A stretch of DNA of 64,000 nt from Chloroflexota bacterium. Lineage in GTDB: Bacteria; Chloroflexota; Limnocylindria; Limnocylindrales; CSP1-4. The position numbers and the translations under genes were made by a program. Positions 9,998 through 19,213 of this stretch are shown here, in pieces. The notes below the pieces were generated by a model. That model worked only from the letters and a program-made list of their open reading frames with translations. It did not search any database and had not been told where the DNA came from. The stretch spans positions 77,932-141,931 of the forward strand of contig PMKN01000089.1 of assembly GCA_003158675.1 (NCBI GenBank). Direction: 5' to 3'. The number at the start of each line of letters is the position of its first letter. Position 1 is the first letter of the stretch.

Positions 9998-11367
9998 GTC
10001 GGAGTGCCAGCTTCGACACCCGACTTGCGGCGGCGGGCCTGTCGTGCCGCGCGTCGCACGCCTGCGGCCAGGGTGCGTGCCTCCTCGCGGCCCGGAACGA
10101 TCATCGAGAGGATCGAGTTCCTCGACAGGCGGCTCGAGGCGGACACGAGGATTGCCGCAGAGACGGTGTAGGAGATCAGTGACGCGATCGAGGCGCCCTC
10201 GATTCCCAGGCGGGGAATCAGAATCACGTTCGCGGCGATGTTCGCGGCAACCGCACTTGCCGAGCCCACGGAAACAAGACCGGGCCGGCCGCGCCCGGCA
10301 ATGTAGCTCGTCATCACCTTGGACAGGCTCAAGGACATGACTGCCGGGAGCAGGATGTAGAAGGCTGGCAGGCACTCGCTGAAGCCGGGCAGAACGAGAT
10401 GTATTCCAACCCAGGCGGCGGGGATCAAGGCGAGAGCGGCCAAGCCCGTGAGCAAGACGGTGAGTCGAGAGACGCGAGGAACGAGCTCGTCCGCGTCCTC
10501 CTTCGACAGACCGGCGATGCGTGGAAGGAAGATCATCGTCACAGAATCGGGAATGTAGAAGACCAGCTCCGCCATCGTCACGGCCATGCTGTAGAGGCCA
10601 AGCGCCCCGGCGTTTCCAACCAGGAGCACGGGCATCAGGATGACGTCGATTCGGTAGTTGAAATACCCGGTGACGCTCGCCGGGTAGATTCGGAATCCGT
10701 ATCCGGCCAGGCCGCGGAACGAAACACGCTTGCCTCCCGGCTCGCGCATGGCGAGCCGTCCGACGGCCACGACATCTGCGATGGCGAGCAGCCAGGTGAC
10801 GGCGACGCTCGAGACGACCGCACCCGGAACGCCCAAGCGGAAGACCGCGACCAGAATCGTCGAGAGCATGAATGTGATCAGACCCTGTCCGATCAAGATG
10901 GCGCTGTAGGTGCGAACCTGCTGGCGGCCGAAGAGGACGGCCATCCCGAAGCTCGACAGCAGGGCGGCCGGAATGACCAGCAGGACGATCCTGAGCTCGT
11001 CCGGATAGGCTTTGGCCGCGTCCGAGAAGATGGTCGTCTGCGTCCAAGGCAGCGAGAGCCAGAGGAGCGGAATCAGGATCGCGCTCAGGATCGCCGTGAA
11101 CGCGATCCCTGCGCCGAGAAGGCCACGCAGAGACGTGCCGCGGGCGCTGAAGTAGTTGATCGCGTTTGGCAGGCCGAAGACGCCGATGGCACCGAGGAGC
11201 CCCGGCACCAGCATGACGTTCACGTAGGCGCCCTTGCCCTCTTTGCCGAGGATTCGCGAGATGACGATCGTGGTGGCAAAGGCGAGCGCGAAGGCGACGA
11301 CCTTGGTCGAGAAGACGGCCGCGACTCTTCGGCCGAAGGTGCCGCTCTGACCCGATGAGGCTGTCAT
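9994..11367 (-). CDS. polysaccharide biosynthesis protein / Wzx-like (MOP superfamily) flippase
   Basis: ATG 11367 (MTASSGQSG...). About 12 TM helices with Polysacc_synt-type N-terminal motifs (KVVAFALAFATTIVISRILGKEGKGAYV). The upstream part of the track ORF is rejected. Confidence 0.7.
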   Translation of the reverse strand: MTASSGQSGTFGRRVAAVFSTKVVAFALAFATTIVISRILGKEGKGAYVNVMLVPGLLGAIGVFGLPNAINYFSARGTSLRGLLGAGIAFTAILSAILIPLLWLSLPWTQTTIFSDAAKAYPDELRIVLLVIPAALLSSFGMAVLFGRQQVRTYSAILIGQGLITFMLSTILVAVFRLGVPGAVVSSVAVTWLLAIADVVAVGRLAMREPGGKRVSFRGLAGYGFRIYPASVTGYFNYRIDVILMPVLLVGNAGALGLYSMAVTMAELVFYIPDSVTMIFLPRIAGLSKEDADELVPRVSRLTVLLTGLAALALIPAAWVGIHLVLPGFSECLPAFYILLPAVMSLSLSKVMTSYIAGRGRPGLVSVGSASAVAANIAANVILIPRLGIEGASIASLISYTVSAAILVSASSRLSRNSILSMIVPGREEARTLAAGVRRAARQARRRKSGVEAGTPT

Positions 11368-11380
11368 CGCCGCGAGTCTA

Positions 11381-12559
11381 TCAACCGCGCCGGGCGGAGA
11401 GCCGCCGGTACAGCGATTCGACGTTGGCAAGGCTCCTGGCCTGATCCGCCCGCGCCTCGACGATGGCGCGCGCCCGGCGGCCGACCTCGGCGCGCTCCTC
11501 CGGCGATCGGTTGAGAGCGCGAGCAAGCGCTGCGGCGGTGGCGTCCACGTCGTCGATCGGCACCAGTGCGGCAGGGTCGAGGTCCCACAGCCACTCGCGC
11601 ACGCTCGGCAGGTCGCCGGCGACGATCTGCCTCTCGCAGGCCATCGACTCGAGAATCGTCACGGCGGTCGAGTCCGACGCCGGGATCGAGACAACGACGT
11701 CGGCCAGCCGGTAGAAATCGACCATCTCCGAATGCGCGATCTCGGGCACGATCACCACCCGGTCCGCGATCCCCAGCGCCTCGACCCGCCCCTGAACCGC
11801 AGCCAGTTCGTCCGCCTGCGCGCGGTGGCGGGAGAGGACCACGGCCACATCCGGCGGCAGCTTTGCGACCGCCTCCACGACTATCTGATGACGGTATAGC
11901 GGCGTGATGTTGCGGGGCGAGAAGACGACTCGGCGTCCCTGCAGACCGAGGCTGGCACGCAGCTCCGCCGGCCCGGGTCCTGGCGTGAAGCGCGTGAGAT
12001 CCACCCCGAACTGGATCATCTCAGTCCGCTCCGGCCGGGCCCCGACCGCCAGCGCGGCCCGCAAGAGAGCGTCGGAGTTCACCATCACCATGTCGGCGGC
12101 CCTCAGGGTGACCCGCGCCACCAGCGCGGCGAGCCGCGACGTGCGTGGCGTGATGAACACGTCGGAGCCCCACAGCGTGGTCACGTAGGGATGAAAGCCC
12201 GACATCCAGGCATGGTAGCCGTGGACCGTCAGGTAGTGAGCGTTCAGCACGTCCGGCCGGACCCTGGCGAGGACCTGGCGCAGAGAACGCCGCGCCATCA
12301 ACACCCCGAGCGGTCGGAAGCGGCGGCTGGTGAAGGGCGCGAAACGCTCGATCGCGATTGCCTCGGGCAGGCCCGGCTCGATCTGCTTCCCGTCCGCGAC
12401 CAGCAGCGTCACGCAGTCCCCGCGCTCGGCCATGAACGTCACCCAGCGCCGGAAGTGGATGCTGTTGGGATCGCCGAGATAGGCGATGCGCAGCGGTTCG
12501 GGCGGCGCCGGCATCTCCGGCTGAGCCTCAGCCCGGGGCCTCGTCGGTAGGGGCGACAT
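11381..12559 (-). CDS. glycosyltransferase family 4
   Basis: GT-B fold; C-terminal E-x7-E-like region (VVSIPASDSTAVTILESMACERQIVAGDLPSVREW). Start assigned to the internal ATG (MSPLPTRP...). Confidence 0.7.
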   Translation of the reverse strand: MSPLPTRPRAEAQPEMPAPPEPLRIAYLGDPNSIHFRRWVTFMAERGDCVTLLVADGKQIEPGLPEAIAIERFAPFTSRRFRPLGVLMARRSLRQVLARVRPDVLNAHYLTVHGYHAWMSGFHPYVTTLWGSDVFITPRTSRLAALVARVTLRAADMVMVNSDALLRAALAVGARPERTEMIQFGVDLTRFTPGPGPAELRASLGLQGRRVVFSPRNITPLYRHQIVVEAVAKLPPDVAVVLSRHRAQADELAAVQGRVEALGIADRVVIVPEIAHSEMVDFYRLADVVVSIPASDSTAVTILESMACERQIVAGDLPSVREWLWDLDPAALVPIDDVDATAAALARALNRSPEERAEVGRRARAIVEARADQARSLANVESLYRRLSARRG

Positions 12560-12684
12560 CGCGGGCGATTGTAGCCGACGCCGATGACCTCCGCGGGCCC
12601 GCACAAGCCCAGCGCGACACCGTAGACTCCACCAGGACCCGGATCGAGCCCACGGCGGGCGGCGGGCGGCGCAGGAGAGGCTCC

Positions 12685-13638
12685 TTGACCATCGCGAACG
12701 ATTCGATAGTCGTCGTCACCGGCGGCTGCGGCTTCATCGGCAGCCACCTGGTTCGACATCTTGTCGCCGATGGGCGTCCGGTGAGAGTTCTCGACGACCT
12801 GTCCAGTGGCGACGTGTCGCGCTTGCCGGCGGGAGTGGAGTTCCGTCAAGGCGACGTCGCCGATCCCGGTTTCATCCGGCCCGGAGTTGCCGGCGCCGCG
12901 GTCGTGTATCACCTGGCCGCAATCGCCTCGGTCGCGCAGTCGAACGATCGCTGGCTGACCAGCCACGTCACCAACAGCTGCGGAGCGGTGGCGGTCATGG
13001 AAGCGGTCCGGGACAAGGCACCAGAGGCCGGCTTCGTCTACGCCTCCTCGGCCGCCGTCTACGGCGATCTGCCACTGGAGCCGGGCCAGAGGATCGCGGA
13101 GTCCGCGCCCATCCGGCCGCTCGGGCCATACGGCGTGGACAAGCTGAACGTGGAGCTCCACGCGGGCGTCGCGGGGCCGCTGTTTGGGCTGCGGTCGTTC
13201 GGGCTGCGTTTCTTCAACGTATTCGGTCCCGGGCAGGATCCCGACTCGCAATACTCCGGGGTGATCAGCCGCTTCGTAGCCCTGGCCCGCTCGGGCGGTC
13301 CGATCACGATCTTCGGCGACGGAGAGCAGACCCGCGACTTTGTCCACGTCGACGACGTCGTCAGGGCGCTGCTTCTCGCGGAGCGCTCGGCGGGCGTTGC
13401 GGCACCCGTGGCCAACGTCTGCACGGGGCTGCCCACGTCCGTCAACCAGCTTGCTTCCGCAATCGCGGATCGGTTCGCTCCCGCGCCTGCCATCGTCCAT
13501 ACCGAGGCCCGGCGCGGCGAAATCAGGCGCTCGCTGGGCGATCCGTCGCTGGCCGGCCGATTGCTCGGCTGGGAACCGGCCGTGACGTTGAACGCGGGGC
13601 TCCGCGCCGTGATCGCCTCCGAAGCCGCGGAAGCCTAG
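12685..13638 (+). CDS. NAD-dependent sugar epimerase/dehydratase (SDR family, GalE/WbpP-like)
   Basis: TTG start after GGAGAGG. Rossmann motif VVVTGGCGFIGSHLVRHL and catalytic Y-x3-K (PYGVDKL). Confidence 0.8.
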   Translation: MTIANDSIVVVTGGCGFIGSHLVRHLVADGRPVRVLDDLSSGDVSRLPAGVEFRQGDVADPGFIRPGVAGAAVVYHLAAIASVAQSNDRWLTSHVTNSCGAVAVMEAVRDKAPEAGFVYASSAAVYGDLPLEPGQRIAESAPIRPLGPYGVDKLNVELHAGVAGPLFGLRSFGLRFFNVFGPGQDPDSQYSGVISRFVALARSGGPITIFGDGEQTRDFVHVDDVVRALLLAERSAGVAAPVANVCTGLPTSVNQLASAIADRFAPAPAIVHTEARRGEIRRSLGDPSLAGRLLGWEPAVTLNAGLRAVIASEAAEA

Positions 13639-14609
13639 CTCGGGGCGAGGTCGCGGGCGAGGTCGCGGGCGATTTCGGCGATCGTCTCCTCCAGCGGCGT
13701 CGTGGGCACGAAGCCGATCAGGCTCCGCAGCAGACTCACGTCCGGCACGCGACGGCGCATATCCTCGAAGCCGGCGCCGTACGCCGCCTGGTAGTCCACG
13801 AGCTGCACAGGCGACTTCGAGCCGACGATCCTGCATACCAGTGCGGCCAGATCCGAGATTGAGGTCTCGCGCGGATTACCGACGTTGACCACCTCGCCAA
13901 CCGCGGCCGGCGTGGCGGCCAGAGCCATCATCGCTGCGACGACATCGTGGACGTTGGCGAAGCAGCGCAGCTGGCTGCCGTCGCCGAATACGGTGAGTGG
14001 CTGGCCTTCGAGGGCCTGGCGGACGAACCGCGGAACCACCATGCCGTAGGCGCCTGTCTGTCGCGGACCGGTCGTGTTGAAGAGTCGCACGATCGTCACC
14101 GGCAGCCCCGACTCCTGACACTGAGCGAGCGCCAGGAACTCGTCGGTGGCCTTTGAGACCGCGTACAGCCAGCGGTGGACCTTCGTGGCTCCGTAGATCG
14201 TGTCGTCGGACTCTTTCAGGGCATCGGAGGCGTTCTTGCCGTAGACCTCGCTGGTGGACGTGAAGAGGGTCCGGATGCCCCGTGCGGCGGCCAGCTCGAA
14301 GACGGCCGAGGAGGCGTCGAGGTTCGTCCGGATAGACGCGAGAGGATGCGCCAGGATGCGGAAGACGCCCACCGCCGCAGCCAGGTGATAGACGAGCTCA
14401 ACGCCTTCGAAAGCCGGGTAGAGGACGGCAGGGTCCTCTGCGAGGCCCTGGCAGAACCGGACCCGACCCGCCTGGACATGAGCCTCGATGTTGTCCAGTC
14501 GCCCGGTCGAGAGGTCGTCGACGACCACCACGTCGTCGCCCCGAGCCACGTGGGCATCGACCAGATGCGAGCCGACGAAGCCCGCCCCGCCGGTGACCAG
14601 AACCCTCAT
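13635..14609 (-). CDS. NAD-dependent sugar epimerase/dehydratase (SDR family, UXS/RmlB-like)
   Basis: MRVLVTGGAGFVGSHLVDAHV...; catalytic YAVSKATDE. The start overlaps the upstream gene's stop (14606-14609). Confidence 0.8.
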   Translation of the reverse strand: MRVLVTGGAGFVGSHLVDAHVARGDDVVVVDDLSTGRLDNIEAHVQAGRVRFCQGLAEDPAVLYPAFEGVELVYHLAAAVGVFRILAHPLASIRTNLDASSAVFELAAARGIRTLFTSTSEVYGKNASDALKESDDTIYGATKVHRWLYAVSKATDEFLALAQCQESGLPVTIVRLFNTTGPRQTGAYGMVVPRFVRQALEGQPLTVFGDGSQLRCFANVHDVVAAMMALAATPAAVGEVVNVGNPRETSISDLAALVCRIVGSKSPVQLVDYQAAYGAGFEDMRRRVPDVSLLRSLIGFVPTTPLEETIAEIARDLARDLAPS

Positions 14610-15694
14610 CGACGGCTGCGCGAATCGGCGGCAACCGCGGCCGTCGCCAACGGCAAAGCCGTGGTCGCGACCGGGGTCTCGAACGGAATCCGGAGAGCGA
14701 CGATCGTCTCCAGTCCGAGCACGACCACCCCGGCGACGACAACCGCCACGAGTTCGACGAGGGGTGCCGGAGCGAACCAGGCCAGCAGGATCGCCAGACC
14801 GCCGCAGGCGCCGCTCGCGAGTCCGACGACCACGAGCATCTCCGACGGCTGAAGACCGGCCCGGACCAGTCGATGAGAGGTGTGGTCGGTTCCGCCGGTG
14901 AAGGGCGAGACCCCCCGCCGGATGCGCGTGACGGAGACCATAGCCACGTCCCCGAACTGGACAAACGCGGCCAGTGGAACGGCCAGGGCGGCAGCGGTCG
15001 CGTGCTGACTCCCGTGAATCTCCGCGTCATGGATGAGCAGCACGCCGGCCCCGGCCAGCGCGAAGCCGAGCATGAGGCTGCCCGCGTCGCCCATGAAGAC
15101 CCGGGCCGGCGGGCGGTTGTGGACGAGGAAGCCGAGGCATGCGCCGCCGACGACCAGACCGAGGCCGATCTCGTTGCCCTTCATGCCCGCCACGATCGCT
15201 GTCAATGCGATCGTTAGTGCAGTCTCCGCGGACAGCGAACTGGCCAACCCATCGGAGTTGTCGACCAGATTCGTGGCGTTGGTCATCACCGGAATGGCGA
15301 TGGCGCCGGCCAGACCGACCGCCACCCTGGGCAACGTGTCGAGATCGTCGAAGACGACCACCAGGAAGCCGGCGCCGAGCAGCGCCTCGGCGATCAGGCG
15401 GTAGCGCGGATGCACATCCCAGAGGTCATCCATGAGACCGATGGCCGTCAGGCCGACCAGGCCGGCAAACCAGGCATAGAGAGTGGTCCCTTCGTCCAGG
15501 GCCATCCAGGCGACAGCCCCGACGGCGATTGCCACCGCCAGCCCGCCCAGGATGGGCACGACCTGGCGAGACCAGCGATCGGCTCTTGGGTGAACTACGG
15601 CACCGAAGCGAAAGGCAAGTCGGTTGGTCAGGGGAACCATCAGCACCGCCACGGCGAAGGCGGCCATTCCGAGGGCCAGCGGACCAGAGATCAC
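14606..15694 (-). CDS. polyprenyl-phosphate N-acetylhexosamine-1-phosphate transferase (WecA/MraY family)
   Basis: GTG 15694, 7 nt after AAGGTG. Eleven-TM protein with the MraY/WecA signature (VMTNATNLVDNSDGLAS), DD motifs and a cytoplasmic-loop HHH-like region (VFMGDAGSLMLGF). Confidence 0.8.
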   Translation of the reverse strand: MISGPLALGMAAFAVAVLMVPLTNRLAFRFGAVVHPRADRWSRQVVPILGGLAVAIAVGAVAWMALDEGTTLYAWFAGLVGLTAIGLMDDLWDVHPRYRLIAEALLGAGFLVVVFDDLDTLPRVAVGLAGAIAIPVMTNATNLVDNSDGLASSLSAETALTIALTAIVAGMKGNEIGLGLVVGGACLGFLVHNRPPARVFMGDAGSLMLGFALAGAGVLLIHDAEIHGSQHATAAALAVPLAAFVQFGDVAMVSVTRIRRGVSPFTGGTDHTSHRLVRAGLQPSEMLVVVGLASGACGGLAILLAWFAPAPLVELVAVVVAGVVVLGLETIVALRIPFETPVATTALPLATAAVAADSRSRR

Positions 15695-16113
15695 TAATTC
15701 ACACCTTGCTCTGCCGGGACCTGACGATTTCGGCGGGCACGACTGCCACCTCGACGGCCGCAGCAGGCTGGGACGACCCGAGACCGGCGGTTGGGTGCCT
15801 GGAGGAGGCGGCGGCGATCGCCGTGCAAAGCCCCGCGAAGCCGGGTCCCAGGAAGGAGACCCGCCTGGATGGAGCGGGGCTGACGGCCCTCCGCTCGATC
15901 TCAGCGTCGAACAACGTAACCTCGACAAGCCCCCTCTGTGGCGCGGAGCCGCTTAGACCGCGTGCCCGAGCGGATGACCGCATTTTCCGGTGGCGACTCG
16001 CGGAGTCAGATCGAGTATCCCACACTGGCCCCGGTCTCGTTTCGAGTCCGGCGCCTATCGCACGGCTGTCATTCGACTGCGGCGGGCGGGGGACGAGCGG
16101 CGAGTCGAACGGC

Positions 16114-17634
16114 TCAGGGTACCGCCGTGCCCGGGGCAACTGTGGGCGGCGGCGCGGCCGTTGTGGGCTTTGGCGTCGCCACGGGGGCCGGCGCCGGAGC
16201 CGGACACGTGTCCGCTTGCTTCAGGCCGGAATAGCGGCTGTCGTCGGCGAACAGCTGCACCGACAGCGCGGCGATCTTGTCGAGGCGGAGGCAACTCGTC
16301 GCGACACCGTAGGCCCACCCTATGCCGGTGTCTCCGTAGTCGGGCGGCTGCAGAACGACCTGGGTGATGTTCGAGGAGGGGATGCCGCCTGCAAGAGCGA
16401 CCATGTCGGCCACCTTGCCAGCCGGGAAGTTGGTCCTCACCGCGGACCCGAGCGTCTGCATCAGCGTCGGCAGCTGAGCCAGCATGCTGGGGTTGGCCAT
16501 CTTGTGCCCCAGCGCGACCATCACCTCCTGCTGCCTGGACTCTCTCCGATAGTCGCTGTTGTTGTAGCCGTGCCGGGATCGCACATAGGCCAGCGCATGG
16601 ATGCCATCCAGGTGGTGCGGCCCGGCCGAGAGGTAGAAGCCAAGGTTCTTGCCGTTGAGCCAGTCGTAACTGGGGTCGTTTATGTCGCTGGGGTTGTTGA
16701 TATCGATGCCGCCAACGAGGTCGATCATCTTCATGAAACTGGCCAGATCCATCGCCGCGTAGTAGTCGATCGGGATGCCCACCAGATAGCCGATCTCTCT
16801 GACGAAGGTCGTCATCGCGTCGTCCGGGGACTTGATCCAGCCATGCTGCACGTACGAAACGAGGGCGTTGATGCGCGTAGCCGGCCCGACGGTTCCACCG
16901 AAATACAGCGGGTATGCGGCGCTGTCGCGCGGAACGCTCACCATGGCCACTTGGTTCGTCCGTGTATCGAGGCTGATGACCATGATCGAGTCGTACAGAC
17001 GCTCGCCGCGGCCGACGTACGAATCCACTCCTGTGAGCAAGATCGTCATCCTGTCTGGAAGCGCCTTCGGCGTCGGGGTCGGTTCGAAGCTCGCCGGCGG
17101 CGGGGAGCCCGCCTCGAAGACGTCCGGGGGCGGTGTCTCGCCTGGGTCGGGCGATTCCGGAGGAGCCGGGTTGTCCTGGACGAACACCTGGGTGAACGTG
17201 GAGTAGTCCATGTAGGCCACGGCCCCGCCCACGCCATGGGTCGCCACGATCACGGCGATCAGGACCGCCAGGACTGCCCGCCCGTTGCGCCGGGCTTTGG
17301 CGGATCGGTCTGAATCACGGCCGGTAGTCACGTAGGCGTGGGCCACAGCGGCGATCCGCAGCGCTCCCACGGCAACGATGATCAACAGAGCGGCCATCGC
17401 GAAAGCGGGATCCACGAAACGCGCCACGAGAACGGCGAGCCCCTGCCTGGCCTGATACACAACGATCAGGAGGACGACGATTGCGGGCACCGCGAAGGCC
17501 GCCGCTTGGCGCCGCCGGCCGGCATATAGCTGCCCGAGGCCAGGCCAAAGGAAGGAAAGCAGGGCCGCCAACCACGGCAGATCCCGTCGTCGGCCCCCGC
17601 TAGGCGTTTCGGAAGAATCCCTCTTGGTCTCCAA
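16114..17634 (-). CDS. LytR-CpsA-Psr (LCP) family glycopolymer-to-peptidoglycan ligase, copy 1
   Basis: N-terminal TM anchor plus LCP catalytic domain (TILLTGVDSYVG...DSIMVISLD...VSVPRDSAAYPL...AYVRSRHGYNNSDYRRESRQQEV). TTG start (LETKRDSS) chosen by homology to copy 2 (METKQTAAKS). Confidence 0.8.
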   Translation of the reverse strand: METKRDSSETPSGGRRRDLPWLAALLSFLWPGLGQLYAGRRRQAAAFAVPAIVVLLIVVYQARQGLAVLVARFVDPAFAMAALLIIVAVGALRIAAVAHAYVTTGRDSDRSAKARRNGRAVLAVLIAVIVATHGVGGAVAYMDYSTFTQVFVQDNPAPPESPDPGETPPPDVFEAGSPPPASFEPTPTPKALPDRMTILLTGVDSYVGRGERLYDSIMVISLDTRTNQVAMVSVPRDSAAYPLYFGGTVGPATRINALVSYVQHGWIKSPDDAMTTFVREIGYLVGIPIDYYAAMDLASFMKMIDLVGGIDINNPSDINDPSYDWLNGKNLGFYLSAGPHHLDGIHALAYVRSRHGYNNSDYRRESRQQEVMVALGHKMANPSMLAQLPTLMQTLGSAVRTNFPAGKVADMVALAGGIPSSNITQVVLQPPDYGDTGIGWAYGVATSCLRLDKIAALSVQLFADDSRYSGLKQADTCPAPAPAPVATPKPTTAAPPPTVAPGTAVP

Positions 17635-17791
17635 AGCGGAGGGACTGTACCACAACCTAGATCCAGGTCGCGGCGGGCCGCCTGCAGGCTTAATTTGGAC
17701 GTTTCGCTTACTTGCGCGACGGGGTACAATTTGCGGTCAGTGCCAGGCGTCTGGAGGGCGCCGGCAGGGGAGGAGACGCAGGGGCTCGCGC
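17635..17791 (+). promoter_or_regulatory. divergent intergenic region between LCP-1 and PGT-1; candidate -10 TACAAT (17725-17730) for the + strand gene
   Basis: 157-bp divergent gap. TACAAT lies 62 bp upstream of ATG 17792; a GGGGAGGAG RBS sits at 17767-17775. Confidence 0.25.
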
Positions 17792-19207
17792 ATGATACGT
17801 CGCTATGCCGCCCTGTTCCATGCTGTCTTGATGGCCGCGGACGCGCTCGTCGCGCTTGCCGTCGTCGTGGCTGCGGCCAGCTTCCGGTTCGGGCCGGCTT
17901 CGGAGTGGAGTTCCGCCCTGGATTCGTCTCTGCCAGATCCCCGCTTCGCCGTGGGCGTCTTCATCGCGACATGGATCGGGCTGCTGTGGATGCGAGGCCT
18001 GTACAGGGGCCGGTCGCACTGGACGATGCGGGGCGAACTGCGCGACGTCATCGGCGCCGGCCTGATGCTGCTGATGGCCACGCTGAGCGCGCTCTTCCTC
18101 TTCAAGCTGCCGGACGTCAGCCGCCTTCTCTTGGTCGTGATCTTCCCGGCGCTGGTCGCGGCCGCGTTTGCCCTGAGAGTGATCATGCGGCTGGTTCTGA
18201 TCTACCTGCGCAACAACGGTCGGAACGCACGCTACATGCTGGTCGTCGGCGCCAACGCGCGCGCGAAGGCCTTCGCCAACACAGTGGAAAGCCATCCCGA
18301 ACTCGGCCTGGTGGTGATCGGGCACCTCAAGGCCGGCCCGACGGACAACGGCGTGTACCTGCGCCGGCCCCTGCTCGGCTCGATCGACGACCTCGAGACC
18401 GTCCTCCACGGCCAGATCGTGGACGAGGTCGCCATATGTCTGCCCTTCGCCATGGAGGACCTCATCGAGCAAGCCGCTCTCCTGTGCCAGCAGGAAGGCA
18501 AGGTAGTGAGGATTCCGGCCGCTCCGGTGGAGCGGATCCTGTCGCTCGGTCACCTCGAGAGCATCGACGGGATGGGCGTCTACTCGCTGGCCAACGGGCC
18601 AGATCGCGCCGCCGGCCTGCTCGCCAAGCGTCTTGTGGACCTTATCGCAGCGGCGGTTCTGATGCTGGTTCTGGCGCCCGTGATGGCACTGCTTGCTCTG
18701 CTGATCAGGTTCGATTCCAGCGGGCCGATCTTGTTCCGCCAGGAGCGCGTCGGCCTGCACGGTCGGCCGTTCTACCTGGTCAAGTTCCGCAGCATGTGTC
18801 GCGGCGCCGAGGACCAGCTGGAGGACCTGAAGGCGCACAACGTGATCCAGGGCCACGCCTTCAAGCTTGAGTTCGACCCTCGGGTCACGCGTATGGGCCG
18901 GTTCCTGCGCCGGACATCGCTCGACGAGTTGCCTCAGCTGTGGAACGTGCTGAGCGGGCAGATGAGCCTTGTGGGACCTCGGCCGCCGCTGCCGAGCGAG
19001 GTCGCCCGGTACGACGTCTGGCACCGCCGCCGGCTCTCGATGAAGCCAGGGATGACCGGCTTGTGGCAGATCGGCGCGCGCCGATGCCCGGAATTCGACC
19101 GCTGGGTCGAAAAGGATCTCGAGTACATCGACAACTGGTCGCTCTGGCTCGACCTCAAGATCATGGCCCGCACGGTGCCGGCGATGCTGGCCGCCGAAGG
19201 CCGATAG
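17792..19207 (+). CDS. polyprenyl glycosylphosphotransferase (WbaP/CpsE/WcaJ bacterial sugar transferase family), copy 1
   Basis: ATG 17792 (MIRRYAALF). N-terminal TM region and C-terminal sugar-transferase catalytic domain (PRPPLPSEVARYDVWHRRRLSMKPGMTGLWQIGARR...DLEYIDNWSLWLDLKI). Confidence 0.85.
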   Translation: MIRRYAALFHAVLMAADALVALAVVVAAASFRFGPASEWSSALDSSLPDPRFAVGVFIATWIGLLWMRGLYRGRSHWTMRGELRDVIGAGLMLLMATLSALFLFKLPDVSRLLLVVIFPALVAAAFALRVIMRLVLIYLRNNGRNARYMLVVGANARAKAFANTVESHPELGLVVIGHLKAGPTDNGVYLRRPLLGSIDDLETVLHGQIVDEVAICLPFAMEDLIEQAALLCQQEGKVVRIPAAPVERILSLGHLESIDGMGVYSLANGPDRAAGLLAKRLVDLIAAAVLMLVLAPVMALLALLIRFDSSGPILFRQERVGLHGRPFYLVKFRSMCRGAEDQLEDLKAHNVIQGHAFKLEFDPRVTRMGRFLRRTSLDELPQLWNVLSGQMSLVGPRPPLPSEVARYDVWHRRRLSMKPGMTGLWQIGARRCPEFDRWVEKDLEYIDNWSLWLDLKIMARTVPAMLAAEGR

Positions 19208-19213
19208 CGCTAC

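Larger units (their letters stand above)
16114..19207. repeat. segmental duplication, copy A: divergent [LCP <- | -> WbaP-like PGT] module
   Basis: Same gene order and orientation as 19214-22214; both protein pairs are clearly paralogous over full length. Confidence 0.7.

Noticed and set aside
8621-11047. 808-aa minus-strand ORF read as a single gene
   Set aside because: Its N-terminal 350 aa are an out-of-frame overlap of the Wzx-like flippase gene (Arg/Gly-rich junk). The real GT4 starts at GTG 9997 in a GTGA overlap with the flippase stop.
12439-13836. 465-aa minus-strand ORF
   Set aside because: Antisense to the SDR epimerase at 12685-13638; no recognisable domains.
15529-17313. 594-aa plus-strand ORF
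   Set aside because: Antisense to the LCP gene (16114-17634); Arg/Gly/His-rich.
17708-19024. 438-aa minus-strand ORF
   Set aside because: Antisense to the WbaP-like gene.
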